Below are positions 1-8,950 of a DNA stretch of 64,000 bases, one piece after another (position 1 is the first letter of the stretch; each line of letters begins with the position of its first letter). The stretch spans positions 709,062-773,061 of the forward strand of contig CP066698.1 in the NCBI GenBank assembly GCA_016432645.1, read 5' to 3'. Under the pieces are notes generated by a model, which saw only the letters and a program-made list of their open reading frames with translations, was not told the DNA's origin and did not search any database. The DNA is from Candidatus Falkowbacteria bacterium. GTDB lineage: Bacteria; Patescibacteriota; Patescibacteriia; Patescibacteriales; UBA12465. Position numbers and translations under genes: made by a program.

Positions 1-2
1 AC

Positions 3-437
3 GACGCTCTGCCGCCTTTAGCTAACGGCTATCAATCATTAACGGTTAAAGCTTGTGATGATATTGATAATTGCTCCGAGCAAAGTTTAAATTTTAACTT
101 AAAGATTAATAATAATGTCCGTTCTGTTCAAGAACACGCTATTTCAATAATTTCCCCCACTAACGGAGCGGCGGCTAACTCAATCGATTTTCCATTAAAA
201 ATAAACTTAAATGTATTTGGCGTGAGCGATGTTTCCCGAATATTAGTTTTTGCGCGCCACAATAAAACCCAAAAATTGGAGCTAATCTCCAATTTAAACA
301 ACCCTAATGAAGGCACTATAAACATTTCTTGGGACAAGGCGCCAGCTTCCGGAGATTATACTATTTATGGCGAATTAAAATCTTGGAGCGGTGATTCTAA
401 AACCAGCAATGAAGTAGTGGTCTCTGTTACTAATTAA
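3..437 (+). CDS. C-terminal end of a larger secreted/surface protein (partial; continues upstream of the window)
   Basis: The frame is open from base 3 to the TAA at 435-437; the tracked 222..437 ORF is only its last internal Met. The sequence is N/S/T-rich and beta-like (..ISWDKAPASGDYTIYGELKSW..). A terminator hairpin follows. Confidence 0.5.
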   Translation, partial: DALPPLANGYQSLTVKACDDIDNCSEQSLNFNLKINNNVRSVQEHAISIISPTNGAAANSIDFPLKINLNVFGVSDVSRILVFARHNKTQKLELISNLNNPNEGTINISWDKAPASGDYTIYGELKSWSGDSKTSNEVVVSVTN

Positions 438-456
438 TAAAGCATCTTTTTCAACT

Positions 457-492
457 AAAAAACAAGCCTAATTTCAAGGCTTGTTTTTTTTT
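457..492. terminator. bidirectional rho-independent terminator between convergent genes
   Basis: A-run, stem AACAAGCC (461-468) / GGCTTGTT (478-485), then a T-run to 492. Confidence 0.7.
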
Positions 493-499
493 AGTTAAT

Positions 500-1621
500 T
501 TATTGTCTAATTGGCATCACAATATATAAATAATCATCCTCTTTTTCTGGCTTAATTAGGCAGGGGGTGGTGTTGTTCATTAATTTTAATTCCACACGAT
601 CACTAGAGATATTATTTAGGCCGTCTAACAAATAACGGTAATTAATAGTAATTTCATTATCAACCCCCTTAACTTCCGCTTCTATCTCCGCCTGACTTTC
701 TCCGCTCGCCCCGGAAAAAGCGGAAACAATTATTTTATTTTTAGAAAACAAGAGGGTTGTATCATTAATCCCGGTCTTAGAAAATAAGGCAGCCGCCTTA
801 ACTGCTCTAGCTAACTCCTGACGTCCCACCACAACCTCAGTTTGGCTCTTGCTGGGGATTATTTGCTTATAGTCGGGGTAACGACCATTTATTACTCTAG
901 ATATCAAGCTGACCGAATCAAAGATAAATAATATTTGATTGTCTGATATACAAACTTTAATTTCATTGTCTCCTAATTCTTCATTATCAAAAGCATTTAA
1001 AATTCTGAGTAATTCTTGAACGGTTTTTGCTGGTACAATTACTTTTTGTTCTTGATTTTCTCTGTTATTTTTTATTTTTACTTCTTTTTCAGCTAAGCGA
1101 TAGCTGTCGGTAGCCGCTAAACTTAAGGTTTTATTGTTAAAGCTAAACATTACTCCGGTAAGTTCCACACGATTTTCACTAGTAGAAACTGCAAAGACTA
1201 CTGCTGCTAACGCCCGTTTAAAATCATTAATATCAAAAGAATAGTAGTCATTATCAGGAATTGTTGGTATTAAAGGAAACTCTTTAGCTGACTCTCCCTT
1301 TATTTTTGTCTTATAATTACCGGACTCCACCTTTAATTCCCCGTCTTTTTCTTCTAGTTTCACCTTTTCTCCAGAATTTAATAAACCAACGTATTCTGAT
1401 ATCAGTTTAGCTTCAACGGTAAACTCGCCATCGCTTTCAGCCTTCCCTCTTAGTTGGTGCTTAATACCGATTTCCAAATTAGTTCCTGTCAATTCAATAT
1501 TTCCACCCTCAACCTTTATTAAAATATTATTAAGAATTGGTAGGTTTATGTTTTTAGTAGTGGCGTGTCCTACTATACTTAAACCCTTTTTTAGATTCTC
1601 TTGAAGACTGATGAATTTCAT
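500..1621 (-). CDS. dnaN: DNA polymerase III beta sliding clamp
   Basis: 373 aa with clamp-typical length and N-terminus (MKF..LQENLKKGL..). The C-terminal ..YLYIVMPIRQ is typical. It lies directly downstream of dnaA. Confidence 0.95.
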   Translation of the reverse strand: MKFISLQENLKKGLSIVGHATTKNINLPILNNILIKVEGGNIELTGTNLEIGIKHQLRGKAESDGEFTVEAKLISEYVGLLNSGEKVKLEEKDGELKVESGNYKTKIKGESAKEFPLIPTIPDNDYYSFDINDFKRALAAVVFAVSTSENRVELTGVMFSFNNKTLSLAATDSYRLAEKEVKIKNNRENQEQKVIVPAKTVQELLRILNAFDNEELGDNEIKVCISDNQILFIFDSVSLISRVINGRYPDYKQIIPSKSQTEVVVGRQELARAVKAAALFSKTGINDTTLLFSKNKIIVSAFSGASGESQAEIEAEVKGVDNEITINYRYLLDGLNNISSDRVELKLMNNTTPCLIKPEKEDDYLYIVMPIRQ

Positions 1622-1884
1622 ATTATTTGTTTTCTCTTATTATATTATTAAATATATATATTTAATTAATAATAATAATAAGGGAGGGGATAACTGGCGA
1701 TGTTTGAAAAATATTATTTATTATTTAGGGTTTTAGCGGATTTAGCTGTTTATAAACCAGCTGGTTAATAGTGGTTTATTTTTAGTAACTTGTTAGTAAT
1801 GTGGAATAAGCAATTTTTGTTAACAAGTTATTAAAAGTAATTAAGGCTAAGTTAGCAACTTATTAACATAGTATTCCACAGAAA
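1622..1884. other. candidate oriC (dnaA-dnaN intergenic region: AT-rich unwinding element plus DnaA-box-like inverted pair)
   Basis: 1622-1680 is almost pure A/T. TGTGGAATA (1800-1808) and TATTCCACA (1872-1880) are an inverted pair, each matching TTATCCACA at 7/9. AGTTATCCC (complement of 1686-1694) is another partial box. Confidence 0.4.
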
Positions 1885-3294
1885 TTAATAATTTTGGTGG
1901 AAAAGTTGTTTGACTGATTCTAATTCTTGTTTTATTTTTTCATTCCCCTTATCTTTAACTTCATGATAAATCTTATTATAAGCGTGCATGGCGGTGGTGT
2001 GATCGCGTCCGCCAAGCTCGTTGCCAATCGTTGGGTATGAGGTGTTCAACTCTTCCCTAATTAGATAAATAGCTATTTGTCTTGGCCAAACCACCTCTTT
2101 TTTGCGGCTGTTGCCAATAATTTCTTTACTACTAGTTCCGTAAAATTTGCTAACCGCCTCAATAATATCTTTGGGCGACATTGAGCGTGATTGGATATTA
2201 GAAATAAAGTCGCCTAACACCTCTTTAACTGTTTTAATGTTTGGTTCCAGTCCTTTTAATTGGTGAAAAGCGATTATTTTATTAAGAGCGCCTTCTAGTT
2301 CTCGAATATTATTTTGGACGTGTTCGGCAATATAAATTAAAACCTCTTTTTCTAAAGGAAACCCCTTTTCGTTGGCTTTGTTTTCTAAAATAACCACTTT
2401 AGTTTCAATATCAGGCTTACCCACATCAGCTACCATTCCTGATTCAAATCGAGAAATAAGTCTTTTTTCAATCGCCGGAATAGATTTTGGCGGCCGGTCG
2501 GAGGTCATAACTATTTGTTTATCATTTTGTTGTAATTCATTAAAGGTATGAAAAAATTCTTCTTGGGTACCATCTTTTCCACCCATAAATTGAATGTCAT
2601 CAATTAACAATAAGTCAACGTTACGGTATAAGTTTTTAAATTCCTTAGCCTTACCACCGGTTACTGCTTGAATATAGTTATTAGTAAATTTTTCACTGGT
2701 TGTGTAGAGAATTTTGTCAGTTTTTTTAGCTAGTTCATTACCAATAGCTTGCAGAAGATGAGTTTTTCCCAAACCAACACCCCCATAAATAAATAAAGGA
2801 TTATAAGATTTGCCTAAATTATTAACAACTGCCAGGCAAGCGGCATGCGCCAACTCGTTTCCCCGTCCAACAACAAAATTTTCAAAGACATATTTAGGAT
2901 TTAAACCAAAGCGGTTAAGACTAGAACTAGTTTGGCTTTGATTATTATTGATTGCAGGAGAAGAAGCTTGTTTTACTGGAGCGGATAGTTGATTGCTTTC
3001 GATAGCTCCGTTATTTAAATCAATTTGAAAAGAGGTATTATTTTTTTTAAGCTCTATTTTATAAATAACCTCAACCACGTCTTGTCTGACAACATTTTTT
3101 AAAGCGCTAATTATATTTTTATGATATTTTTCCTCTAACCACTTTTTAACAAAGGCGTTAGGGACACAAACTACTACGCGGTTATTTTCAAAAGACGAGA
3201 TAAAAGTATCTTTGAACCAAGTTACAAAATTAGCGCGCGAAAGGCTGATTTCAATTTCTCCTAAGACGGCCTGCCAGACTTGTTCATTGTTCAT
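1885..3294 (-). CDS. dnaA: chromosomal replication initiator protein DnaA
   Basis: 469 aa. Has the AAA+ Walker A GGVGLGKTHLL and box VII/sensor motifs. The C-terminal DNA-binding domain contains ..GGRDHTTAMHAYNKI.. Confidence 0.97.
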   Translation of the reverse strand: MNNEQVWQAVLGEIEISLSRANFVTWFKDTFISSFENNRVVVCVPNAFVKKWLEEKYHKNIISALKNVVRQDVVEVIYKIELKKNNTSFQIDLNNGAIESNQLSAPVKQASSPAINNNQSQTSSSLNRFGLNPKYVFENFVVGRGNELAHAACLAVVNNLGKSYNPLFIYGGVGLGKTHLLQAIGNELAKKTDKILYTTSEKFTNNYIQAVTGGKAKEFKNLYRNVDLLLIDDIQFMGGKDGTQEEFFHTFNELQQNDKQIVMTSDRPPKSIPAIEKRLISRFESGMVADVGKPDIETKVVILENKANEKGFPLEKEVLIYIAEHVQNNIRELEGALNKIIAFHQLKGLEPNIKTVKEVLGDFISNIQSRSMSPKDIIEAVSKFYGTSSKEIIGNSRKKEVVWPRQIAIYLIREELNTSYPTIGNELGGRDHTTAMHAYNKIYHEVKDKGNEKIKQELESVKQLFHQNY

Positions 3295-3508
3295 AAAAAG
3301 TGAAATTAAACCCTGCTTAGTAATAGGGGAAGTTTATAAAAATATTGTTTATTTAATTATATTAGATAAAGACCTTTCCCACAAGCAGAAAGCTTGTTAA
3401 AAATATGTTAATAAAAGGTGTATAAGACGGTTTTGCTGTTTTGATGACCAGTTGACTCTTATAAATAAAGGTGTTATGTTATTAAAACAATAAAGATAAA
3501 ATAATATT

Positions 3509-3646
3509 ATGCCACAGAGAACTTACCAGCCGAATAAAAAGCGTGCCAAGAAAAAACACGGATTTATTAGCCGAATGGAGACTAAGGATGGCCGCGCTGT
3601 TTTAAAGAGACGTCGTGATAAAGGACGAGCCGTCCTCTCTAAATAA
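3509..3646 (+). CDS. rpmH: 50S ribosomal protein L34
   Basis: 45-aa ORF that is not in the ORF track because it is under 60 aa. Sequence is [45 protein letters not shown]. It sits in the classic position upstream of rnpA. Confidence 0.9.
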   Translation: MPQRTYQPNKKRAKKKHGFISRMETKDGRAVLKRRRDKGRAVLSK

Positions 3647-3663
3647 AACCTTTAAGCGTATCC

Positions 3664-4005
3664 ATGCTAAGAAAGGAAAACAGAATAGGATTAAATAAAG
3701 AATTTGACCGAGCCTTTAAACTCGGCCAGTCTTTTTATGGTAAAATATTAGGGATTAAATGTGTTCCTAATAATAACGATAAAAATCGCTTCGGTATTCT
3801 AATAAACACTAAAGTTAGTAAAAAAGCCGTTGTTAGAAATAAAATTCGGCGAGAAATACGGGAAATTATAAAAGCCAGATTAGAGTCTTTAAAGACCGGA
3901 AATGATTTTGTTGTTATAGTTTTTCCTCTCATATTAGATAAAAATATTCAAGAAATAGCCTCTGAGATTGATTATGCCCTTAAAAGGCTTAGAGTGGTTA
4001 AATAA
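3664..4005 (+). CDS. rnpA: ribonuclease P protein component
   Basis: 113-aa basic protein in the conserved rpmH-rnpA-yidD-yidC order, with the ..FGILINTKVSKKAVVRNKIRR.. motif region. Confidence 0.85.
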   Translation: MLRKENRIGLNKEFDRAFKLGQSFYGKILGIKCVPNNNDKNRFGILINTKVSKKAVVRNKIRREIREIIKARLESLKTGNDFVVIVFPLILDKNIQEIASEIDYALKRLRVVK

Positions 4006-4017
4006 AATAGCACTAAT

Positions 4018-4272
4018 ATGAATTTTTTTTCTTATATTAGCAAAAAAATAGTTATTTTTTTGATAACGATTTATCAAAAAACCCTATCCTTTGATCATAG
4101 CCCGTTAAAAATGTTTTATCCCCATGGATTTTGTCGCTTTATGCCCACTTGTTCCGAATATGGCAAAGAGGCGATTGAAAAATATGGTGTCGCTAAAGGC
4201 GGAGCTATGGCCGCCTGGCGCATAGCTCGATGTAACCCTTGGAATAAAGGAGGATATGACCCGGTTAAATAA
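4018..4272 (+). CDS. yidD: membrane protein insertion efficiency factor YidD
   Basis: 84 aa. Has the conserved CRFxPTCSEYxxEAIxKYG...RIxRCNPW signature. Confidence 0.88.
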   Translation: MNFFSYISKKIVIFLITIYQKTLSFDHSPLKMFYPHGFCRFMPTCSEYGKEAIEKYGVAKGGAMAAWRIARCNPWNKGGYDPVK

Positions 4273-4287
4273 TTAAAATTAAATATT

Positions 4288-5028
4288 ATGGCCCACGTTT
4301 TTACAATTATCTTTTATCAGCCAATTCTTAATCTTTTAGTTTGGCTATATAATATCATGCCCTTTAATGATTTTGGGGCCGCGATTATTGCTTTAACAAT
4401 AGTAATCAAGTTGGTTTTTTGGCCATTAGGACGTAAAGCTATTAAATCACAAAAAGCGCTTCAAGATTTACAGCCACAAATTGAAGAAATAAAACGCCAG
4501 TATGCTGATGATAAGGCTGGCTCTAGTCAGGCAATGATGGCTCTTTATAAAAATAATAAGGTTAACCCTTTTTCTTCTTGCTTGCCATTATTAATTCAGT
4601 TACCGTTTTTATGGGCCGTTTATCGGGTTTTTAGTGACGGCTTAGCAAATAATCTTGATTTAGTTTATTCTTTTATTCACCGCCCGGAAGTAATTAACAC
4701 CTTTTCTTTTGGGTTTTTGGACTTATCAAAACCTAATACCTACCTAGCTTTATTAGCTGGTGCAGCTCAATTTTGGCAGGCCAAGATGATGATTACTAAA
4801 AAGCCCGCAGTGAAGACAGAGGGCTCTAAGGATGAAAACATGATGGCTATCATGAATAAGCAGATGTTGTATATTATGCCGGCAGTTACGGTTTTTATCG
4901 GCCTTTCTCTGCCGGGAGGCTTAACTCTCTACTGGTTTGTTCTTACGCTCCTTACCGCCGTTCAACAAGCTGTTACCTTTAGAAATAAAAACACAGCCGG
5001 TCCAATCGAAGGTGAAATTGTTAAATAG
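4288..5028 (+). CDS. yidC: YidC/Oxa1-family membrane protein insertase (short form)
   Basis: 246 aa with multiple TM segments. Has the ..MMALYKNNKVNPFSSCLPLLIQLPFL.. core motif. Confidence 0.9.
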   Translation: MAHVFTIIFYQPILNLLVWLYNIMPFNDFGAAIIALTIVIKLVFWPLGRKAIKSQKALQDLQPQIEEIKRQYADDKAGSSQAMMALYKNNKVNPFSSCLPLLIQLPFLWAVYRVFSDGLANNLDLVYSFIHRPEVINTFSFGFLDLSKPNTYLALLAGAAQFWQAKMMITKKPAVKTEGSKDENMMAIMNKQMLYIMPAVTVFIGLSLPGGLTLYWFVLTLLTAVQQAVTFRNKNTAGPIEGEIVK

Positions 5029-5044
5029 AAAAAAACAAGTATAC

Positions 5045-5077
5045 AAAAAAACAACCGCTTAACGGTTGTTTTTTTGT
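5045..5077. terminator. bidirectional rho-independent terminator
   Basis: A-run, stem ACAACCG (5051-5057) / CGGTTGT (5063-5069), then a T-run. Confidence 0.7.
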
Positions 5078-5089
5078 AGTTTAATTAAG

Positions 5090-6979
5090 TTATTGAATTG
5101 GAGTGCTGGAACTAGCAACAGGGGCAGAAATATTGGGGGTTGTGGTTGATGTGCCGGCCGTTTTACCAACTAAACAAACTTCTTGCCAAGGGACATAATG
5201 AGAATTAAATCTGGTTGTTTGTTCTGGGGTGGTAGTCGCTCCCGCCGGATAGATGACTGTATAGTCGAAATAGGCATCGGCGCCGTTATGAGCCTTCTCA
5301 GTACACTTTTTTTCACCAGGAGCAAGAGTATCGGTTTCGATAATTTTTGTTGGTTTTGGAGGGGTAATATTATAAATTACCGGCTTGGTGGTGGTGGCTA
5401 ATCTTCCGTCGCTAGTCCCCCAAAAATCAAAATAAATATCATTACCTTCAATTCGGGATTGGATTAAGACATAATTGCCGGTATCATTTATAAATTTAAT
5501 ATCTGGCCACGGGTCATAGACCGCAGCATCAGTGCCTGCCGGTTCATAATAACTTACCCGGTAAGAATGATTTCTACGAGCGCTAATTGGCAGACCGGAC
5601 GCCAGCGCCGAACGGAAAATTGTGGTGGCGATTTGGCAAAGCCCGCCGCCATATTCAGGAATAGTTTTATTATCTTTAATTACTAGTTCTGGCAAATAAC
5701 CGGCAGCAGCATCAATTTCTCCTAGATTTTTTACTAAAGAAAACTCTTCGCCGGGGCTAATTAAAAGTCCTTGGACGGCGGCAGCGCCAACCTTTATATT
5801 ATGGCGCCTATTGGCCGGAGAGCCGGCAAAATTAGAGTGTCCGGTACCGATTATTTCTTTTATTTTAAAATTATTTTCGGAGACTAACTCGTCAACATTT
5901 ATATCCTTAACTATTAATTCCGCTTCTCGTTCGGAGCCGAATAATTTTTTAGCTAATAAATCAGCGCTAGCCTCAATGTCAACTTCGCGTCCATTGGATC
6001 CCTGCTGCCAACTAGCAACTTTACCGTCCTTAATTTCCATTCTCGGTAAAACAGCGTCTTCATTAATTTTATCGGCAATGTTTTTAAGTAAATAATCTTT
6101 AATTTTATCTATATTAAAATCAATTTGAAAAATGTCGCCACCCTTTTTAATGCTTATCCAGGTTACAATTTCTTTAGTATCAATCTTCCAGGAAGACTTC
6201 CCTTTTTTAGCGTCGTTATAAAAAACATTTAAATCGCCGGCATCAATAATAAGTTGGACTTGGTTTCTGATTAGCTCTAAATCAGCTTGCTTAACCTCCG
6301 GATATTTGGAACGAGTTTTAATTACTATAGCGCTATTATTAAAAACGCTAAGGCCGCTCATTAAGTCATTAAGCAGCTCATCTTTGTTTATTTCTTTGCC
6401 AATTTTTTCTTGATTATTTATTAATTTAGCCTTTCCGCTAGCAGTATTTAAAGAAAAAAATGCTGGTTCCGGCTCAATACTGAGTTCGCTGAAATTTTCT
6501 TTAAGCCAAAGGTCAATAATGGCCGGTGAATAGCTAGCCACCGCTTCGTACTTGATTTTTCGGCGTAAAAAAGGCAGCCAATCTTCTAGATATTTAACAA
6601 AATTATTATTTTTGTTATCAAACAGGCGCTTAATTGTTTCTTCACGGTTATAAATAACCGCATCGGCATAAATAGTGTCAACATCAGGAATATCGGCTGA
6701 TACTGCTTCGGAATCTAATTTTAAAGGCAGATTAACAATTTTGTTGTCATGCTGAAAGTTGATTCCCTGAGATCTGATTAATTCTTCTTTTAATTCTAAA
6801 GTTTTGGAAACTTCATCTTTATTTTGATTACTAAGATTAAGTGTGCCAATTACAGTATTCTTTGGTAAACGATCTTTATTAGAGCTGTTCCAGTCTAGAT
6901 AAGCAATAAAAAAAATAGCCAATAATAAAAAAATGGCTAATGCCGAAGCAATTAAAACGGTTTTTTTTGGCTTTACCAT
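5090..6979 (-). CDS. membrane-anchored VanW-family protein
   Basis: 629 aa with an N-terminal TM anchor. The C-terminal part carries the VanW-type core ..GGGLCQIATTIFRSALASGLPISARRNHSYRVSYYEP.. Confidence 0.7.
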   Translation of the reverse strand: MVKPKKTVLIASALAIFLLLAIFFIAYLDWNSSNKDRLPKNTVIGTLNLSNQNKDEVSKTLELKEELIRSQGINFQHDNKIVNLPLKLDSEAVSADIPDVDTIYADAVIYNREETIKRLFDNKNNNFVKYLEDWLPFLRRKIKYEAVASYSPAIIDLWLKENFSELSIEPEPAFFSLNTASGKAKLINNQEKIGKEINKDELLNDLMSGLSVFNNSAIVIKTRSKYPEVKQADLELIRNQVQLIIDAGDLNVFYNDAKKGKSSWKIDTKEIVTWISIKKGGDIFQIDFNIDKIKDYLLKNIADKINEDAVLPRMEIKDGKVASWQQGSNGREVDIEASADLLAKKLFGSEREAELIVKDINVDELVSENNFKIKEIIGTGHSNFAGSPANRRHNIKVGAAAVQGLLISPGEEFSLVKNLGEIDAAAGYLPELVIKDNKTIPEYGGGLCQIATTIFRSALASGLPISARRNHSYRVSYYEPAGTDAAVYDPWPDIKFINDTGNYVLIQSRIEGNDIYFDFWGTSDGRLATTTKPVIYNITPPKPTKIIETDTLAPGEKKCTEKAHNGADAYFDYTVIYPAGATTTPEQTTRFNSHYVPWQEVCLVGKTAGTSTTTPNISAPVASSSTPIQ

Positions 6980-6988
6980 ATAAGCAGG

Positions 6989-7402
6989 CTAATCTTTCAG
7001 TTTTACCTCAATTTTATTAACGTCTGATTTATATAGGGTTATTGTTAAAACTCCGTTTTCTAATTCTGCTTCTACGCGCTTATTGTCAACGGCGGCCGGC
7101 AGAATAATTGACCTGGAAAATGGACCCCAATAACACTCTCTAAATAAAAAGTTTTCTTCCGAAATTTTTTCTCCGACATCGCGTCTGCCTTTAATCATTA
7201 GTAAATCATTATGTAAAGATATTTTTAAATCTTCCGGTTTGGCGCCGGCAATCGTAGATTTAATAATAATGCGTTTGTCGTCATGAAAAACATCGACCGC
7301 TAATTGCCCCTCCGGTTCATCCTCTTCGCTTTTTAACCATTCATCAATGGACGGTTCTTCTTTGCGCACTAGCTGAGACGATTTGTTTGTATTGAAAAGC
7401 AT
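6989..7402 (-). CDS. Hsp20/alpha-crystallin family small heat-shock protein
   Basis: 137 aa. The alpha-crystallin domain ends in ..AELENGVLTITLYK. Confidence 0.85.
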   Translation of the reverse strand: MLFNTNKSSQLVRKEEPSIDEWLKSEEDEPEGQLAVDVFHDDKRIIIKSTIAGAKPEDLKISLHNDLLMIKGRRDVGEKISEENFLFRECYWGPFSRSIILPAAVDNKRVEAELENGVLTITLYKSDVNKIEVKLKD

Positions 7403-7466
7403 ATTTTTATTTATTCTATATTATAATTTACCAATTTTTTAAGAAAATGTAAATAAAAAAAGAATT

Positions 7467-7497
7467 AAAAAACCGCCACAAATTTGGCGGTTTTTTT
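7467..7497. terminator. hairpin terminator downstream of the tRNA pair (minus strand)
   Basis: Stem ACCGCCA (7472-7478) / TGGCGGT (7485-7491), flanked by A- and T-runs. Confidence 0.65.
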
Positions 7498-7573
7498 GGT
7501 GGGCCTGTGCAGACTCGAACTGCAGACCTCTACGATGTCAACGTAGCGCTCTAACCAACTGAGCTACAAGCCC
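7497..7573 (-). tRNA. tRNA-Val (anticodon GAC), CCA encoded
   Basis: Hand-folded cloverleaf: acceptor GGGCTTG/CAGGCCC, anticodon stem CTACG/CGTAG, loop TTGACAT, T-loop TTCGAGT. Confidence 0.9.
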
Positions 7574-7578
7574 TCTTT

Positions 7579-7655
7579 TGGTGCGCCTAGATGGACTTGA
7601 ACCATCGACCCCCGCTTTATAAGAGCGGTGCTCTAACCAACTGAGCTATAGGCGC
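7579..7655 (-). tRNA. tRNA-Ile (anticodon UAU), CCA encoded
   Basis: Hand-folded cloverleaf: acceptor GCGCCTA/TAGGCGC, anticodon stem CCGCT/AGCGG, loop C-T-TAT-A-A, T-arm GATGG-TTCAAGT-CCATC, discriminator A. Confidence 0.8.
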
Positions 7656-7697
7656 AGTCGACGATCCGGAAAAGAGTTCGTTTAATTTATATCATTA

Positions 7698-8846
7698 TCA
7701 TTTTAATTTATCAAGTTTTTTATTGGTTTCGGTGATTTTTTCGGAAATTACGGTTTTTATATTTTTTTCTATATTAAAGACAGCGTTTTTTATGGTTCCG
7801 ATTGGCGCATATTCTCTAAACATATCCAAAATGTTGATATTTTTTAAAGAAAAAACAAAAACTTCGCTCAGATTTAAATCTTTTTCAATTAGAATCATGA
7901 AAATTTTAGTATCCGGCAAATTAGACATTAATTCATCCACCATGTCGCGCAAAATTTCTCCAGCACCACTTAAATCTTCAGCATCTTTTTTGGATAGCCA
8001 AGACCAGGCTAAATCGTTGTTATTTTCTAATTTTAGGTTATTAAGAATTTTCCCCCAAAGTTTTAAATCGGAAATTTTGTGGGAGCGGTATAAGCGATTA
8101 ATGATTTCTTCTCTTCTGGCGCCAGCGCTGATTAGTTCCGAAGTAGCCATCAAAGTTTGCGGTGTTAGATTCCCGGTTTTAAAGTTGCGAGTTTTGATAA
8201 TAATGCCAGCCAGCAGTCCAGTCGCCAAATCCTCATCAATTAATTTTTCGGCTTCTCGCTGGATTAAATTAAATACTAGTTCAGAAACAGCCACGCAGTT
8301 GATATCAATTAAATTTATTTGACCGAACTCTTCATTGGCCGCTTGTTGAGAGATATTAATTATTGGGGTTTTATAAAAAAACTCTACATTTTGATCATAA
8401 AGATAGCCCAGTGATTCTAAATCATTAGCCCCGATTACAAAAATTAAATCATATTTAAATTCTCCAGCTTTAGTGCTGACGTCATCGGCTTCAAACCAGC
8501 CGTTTTCCGGAGAAACAATAAAATTTAATTGATTGTTGTCTACTAGGTATTTAATTTGGCTAACTTTAGTTTTACTTATATCAAGAGAGACAATAAAGCG
8601 TCTTAGATGATCAAGATTATTTTTAATTTCAGAAAATCCTGGTAGAAAGGATAGTTGTTTTATTTCACGAAATGGTTTAGCTCCGGCAATTTCTACATTT
8701 TTTCCGATTTTTTTTAAATATATAAAAAAAGACGTGGCGGCTGCTACCGCGTCTCCGTCCCAATCAGCCGCAAAAACCACCAAAATATTATTGGCTTTTT
8801 CTACTTGTTTGAAGATTTGTTGTTCTAGATTAAGCATGTAATTCAA
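7698..8846 (-). CDS. DHH/DHHA1-family phosphoesterase-like protein (NrnA-like; catalytic motifs look degenerate)
   Basis: 382 aa with NrnA-like length and layout. Motif I-like DWDGDAVAA is present. I could not find the DHH tripeptide (its position reads ..VIGAND..) or the GGGH motif. Confidence 0.45.
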   Translation of the reverse strand: MNYMLNLEQQIFKQVEKANNILVVFAADWDGDAVAAATSFFIYLKKIGKNVEIAGAKPFREIKQLSFLPGFSEIKNNLDHLRRFIVSLDISKTKVSQIKYLVDNNQLNFIVSPENGWFEADDVSTKAGEFKYDLIFVIGANDLESLGYLYDQNVEFFYKTPIINISQQAANEEFGQINLIDINCVAVSELVFNLIQREAEKLIDEDLATGLLAGIIIKTRNFKTGNLTPQTLMATSELISAGARREEIINRLYRSHKISDLKLWGKILNNLKLENNNDLAWSWLSKKDAEDLSGAGEILRDMVDELMSNLPDTKIFMILIEKDLNLSEVFVFSLKNINILDMFREYAPIGTIKNAVFNIEKNIKTVISEKITETNKKLDKLK

Positions 8847-8950
8847 ACTGAGCCCTTATCAGGCCCGACTAATTAATATATAATTAATATAGGCGACAGT
8901 CAAGCTTGTTTTTAATTGACTTAAGCCTATTTTTTTGTTAATTTTAAATT

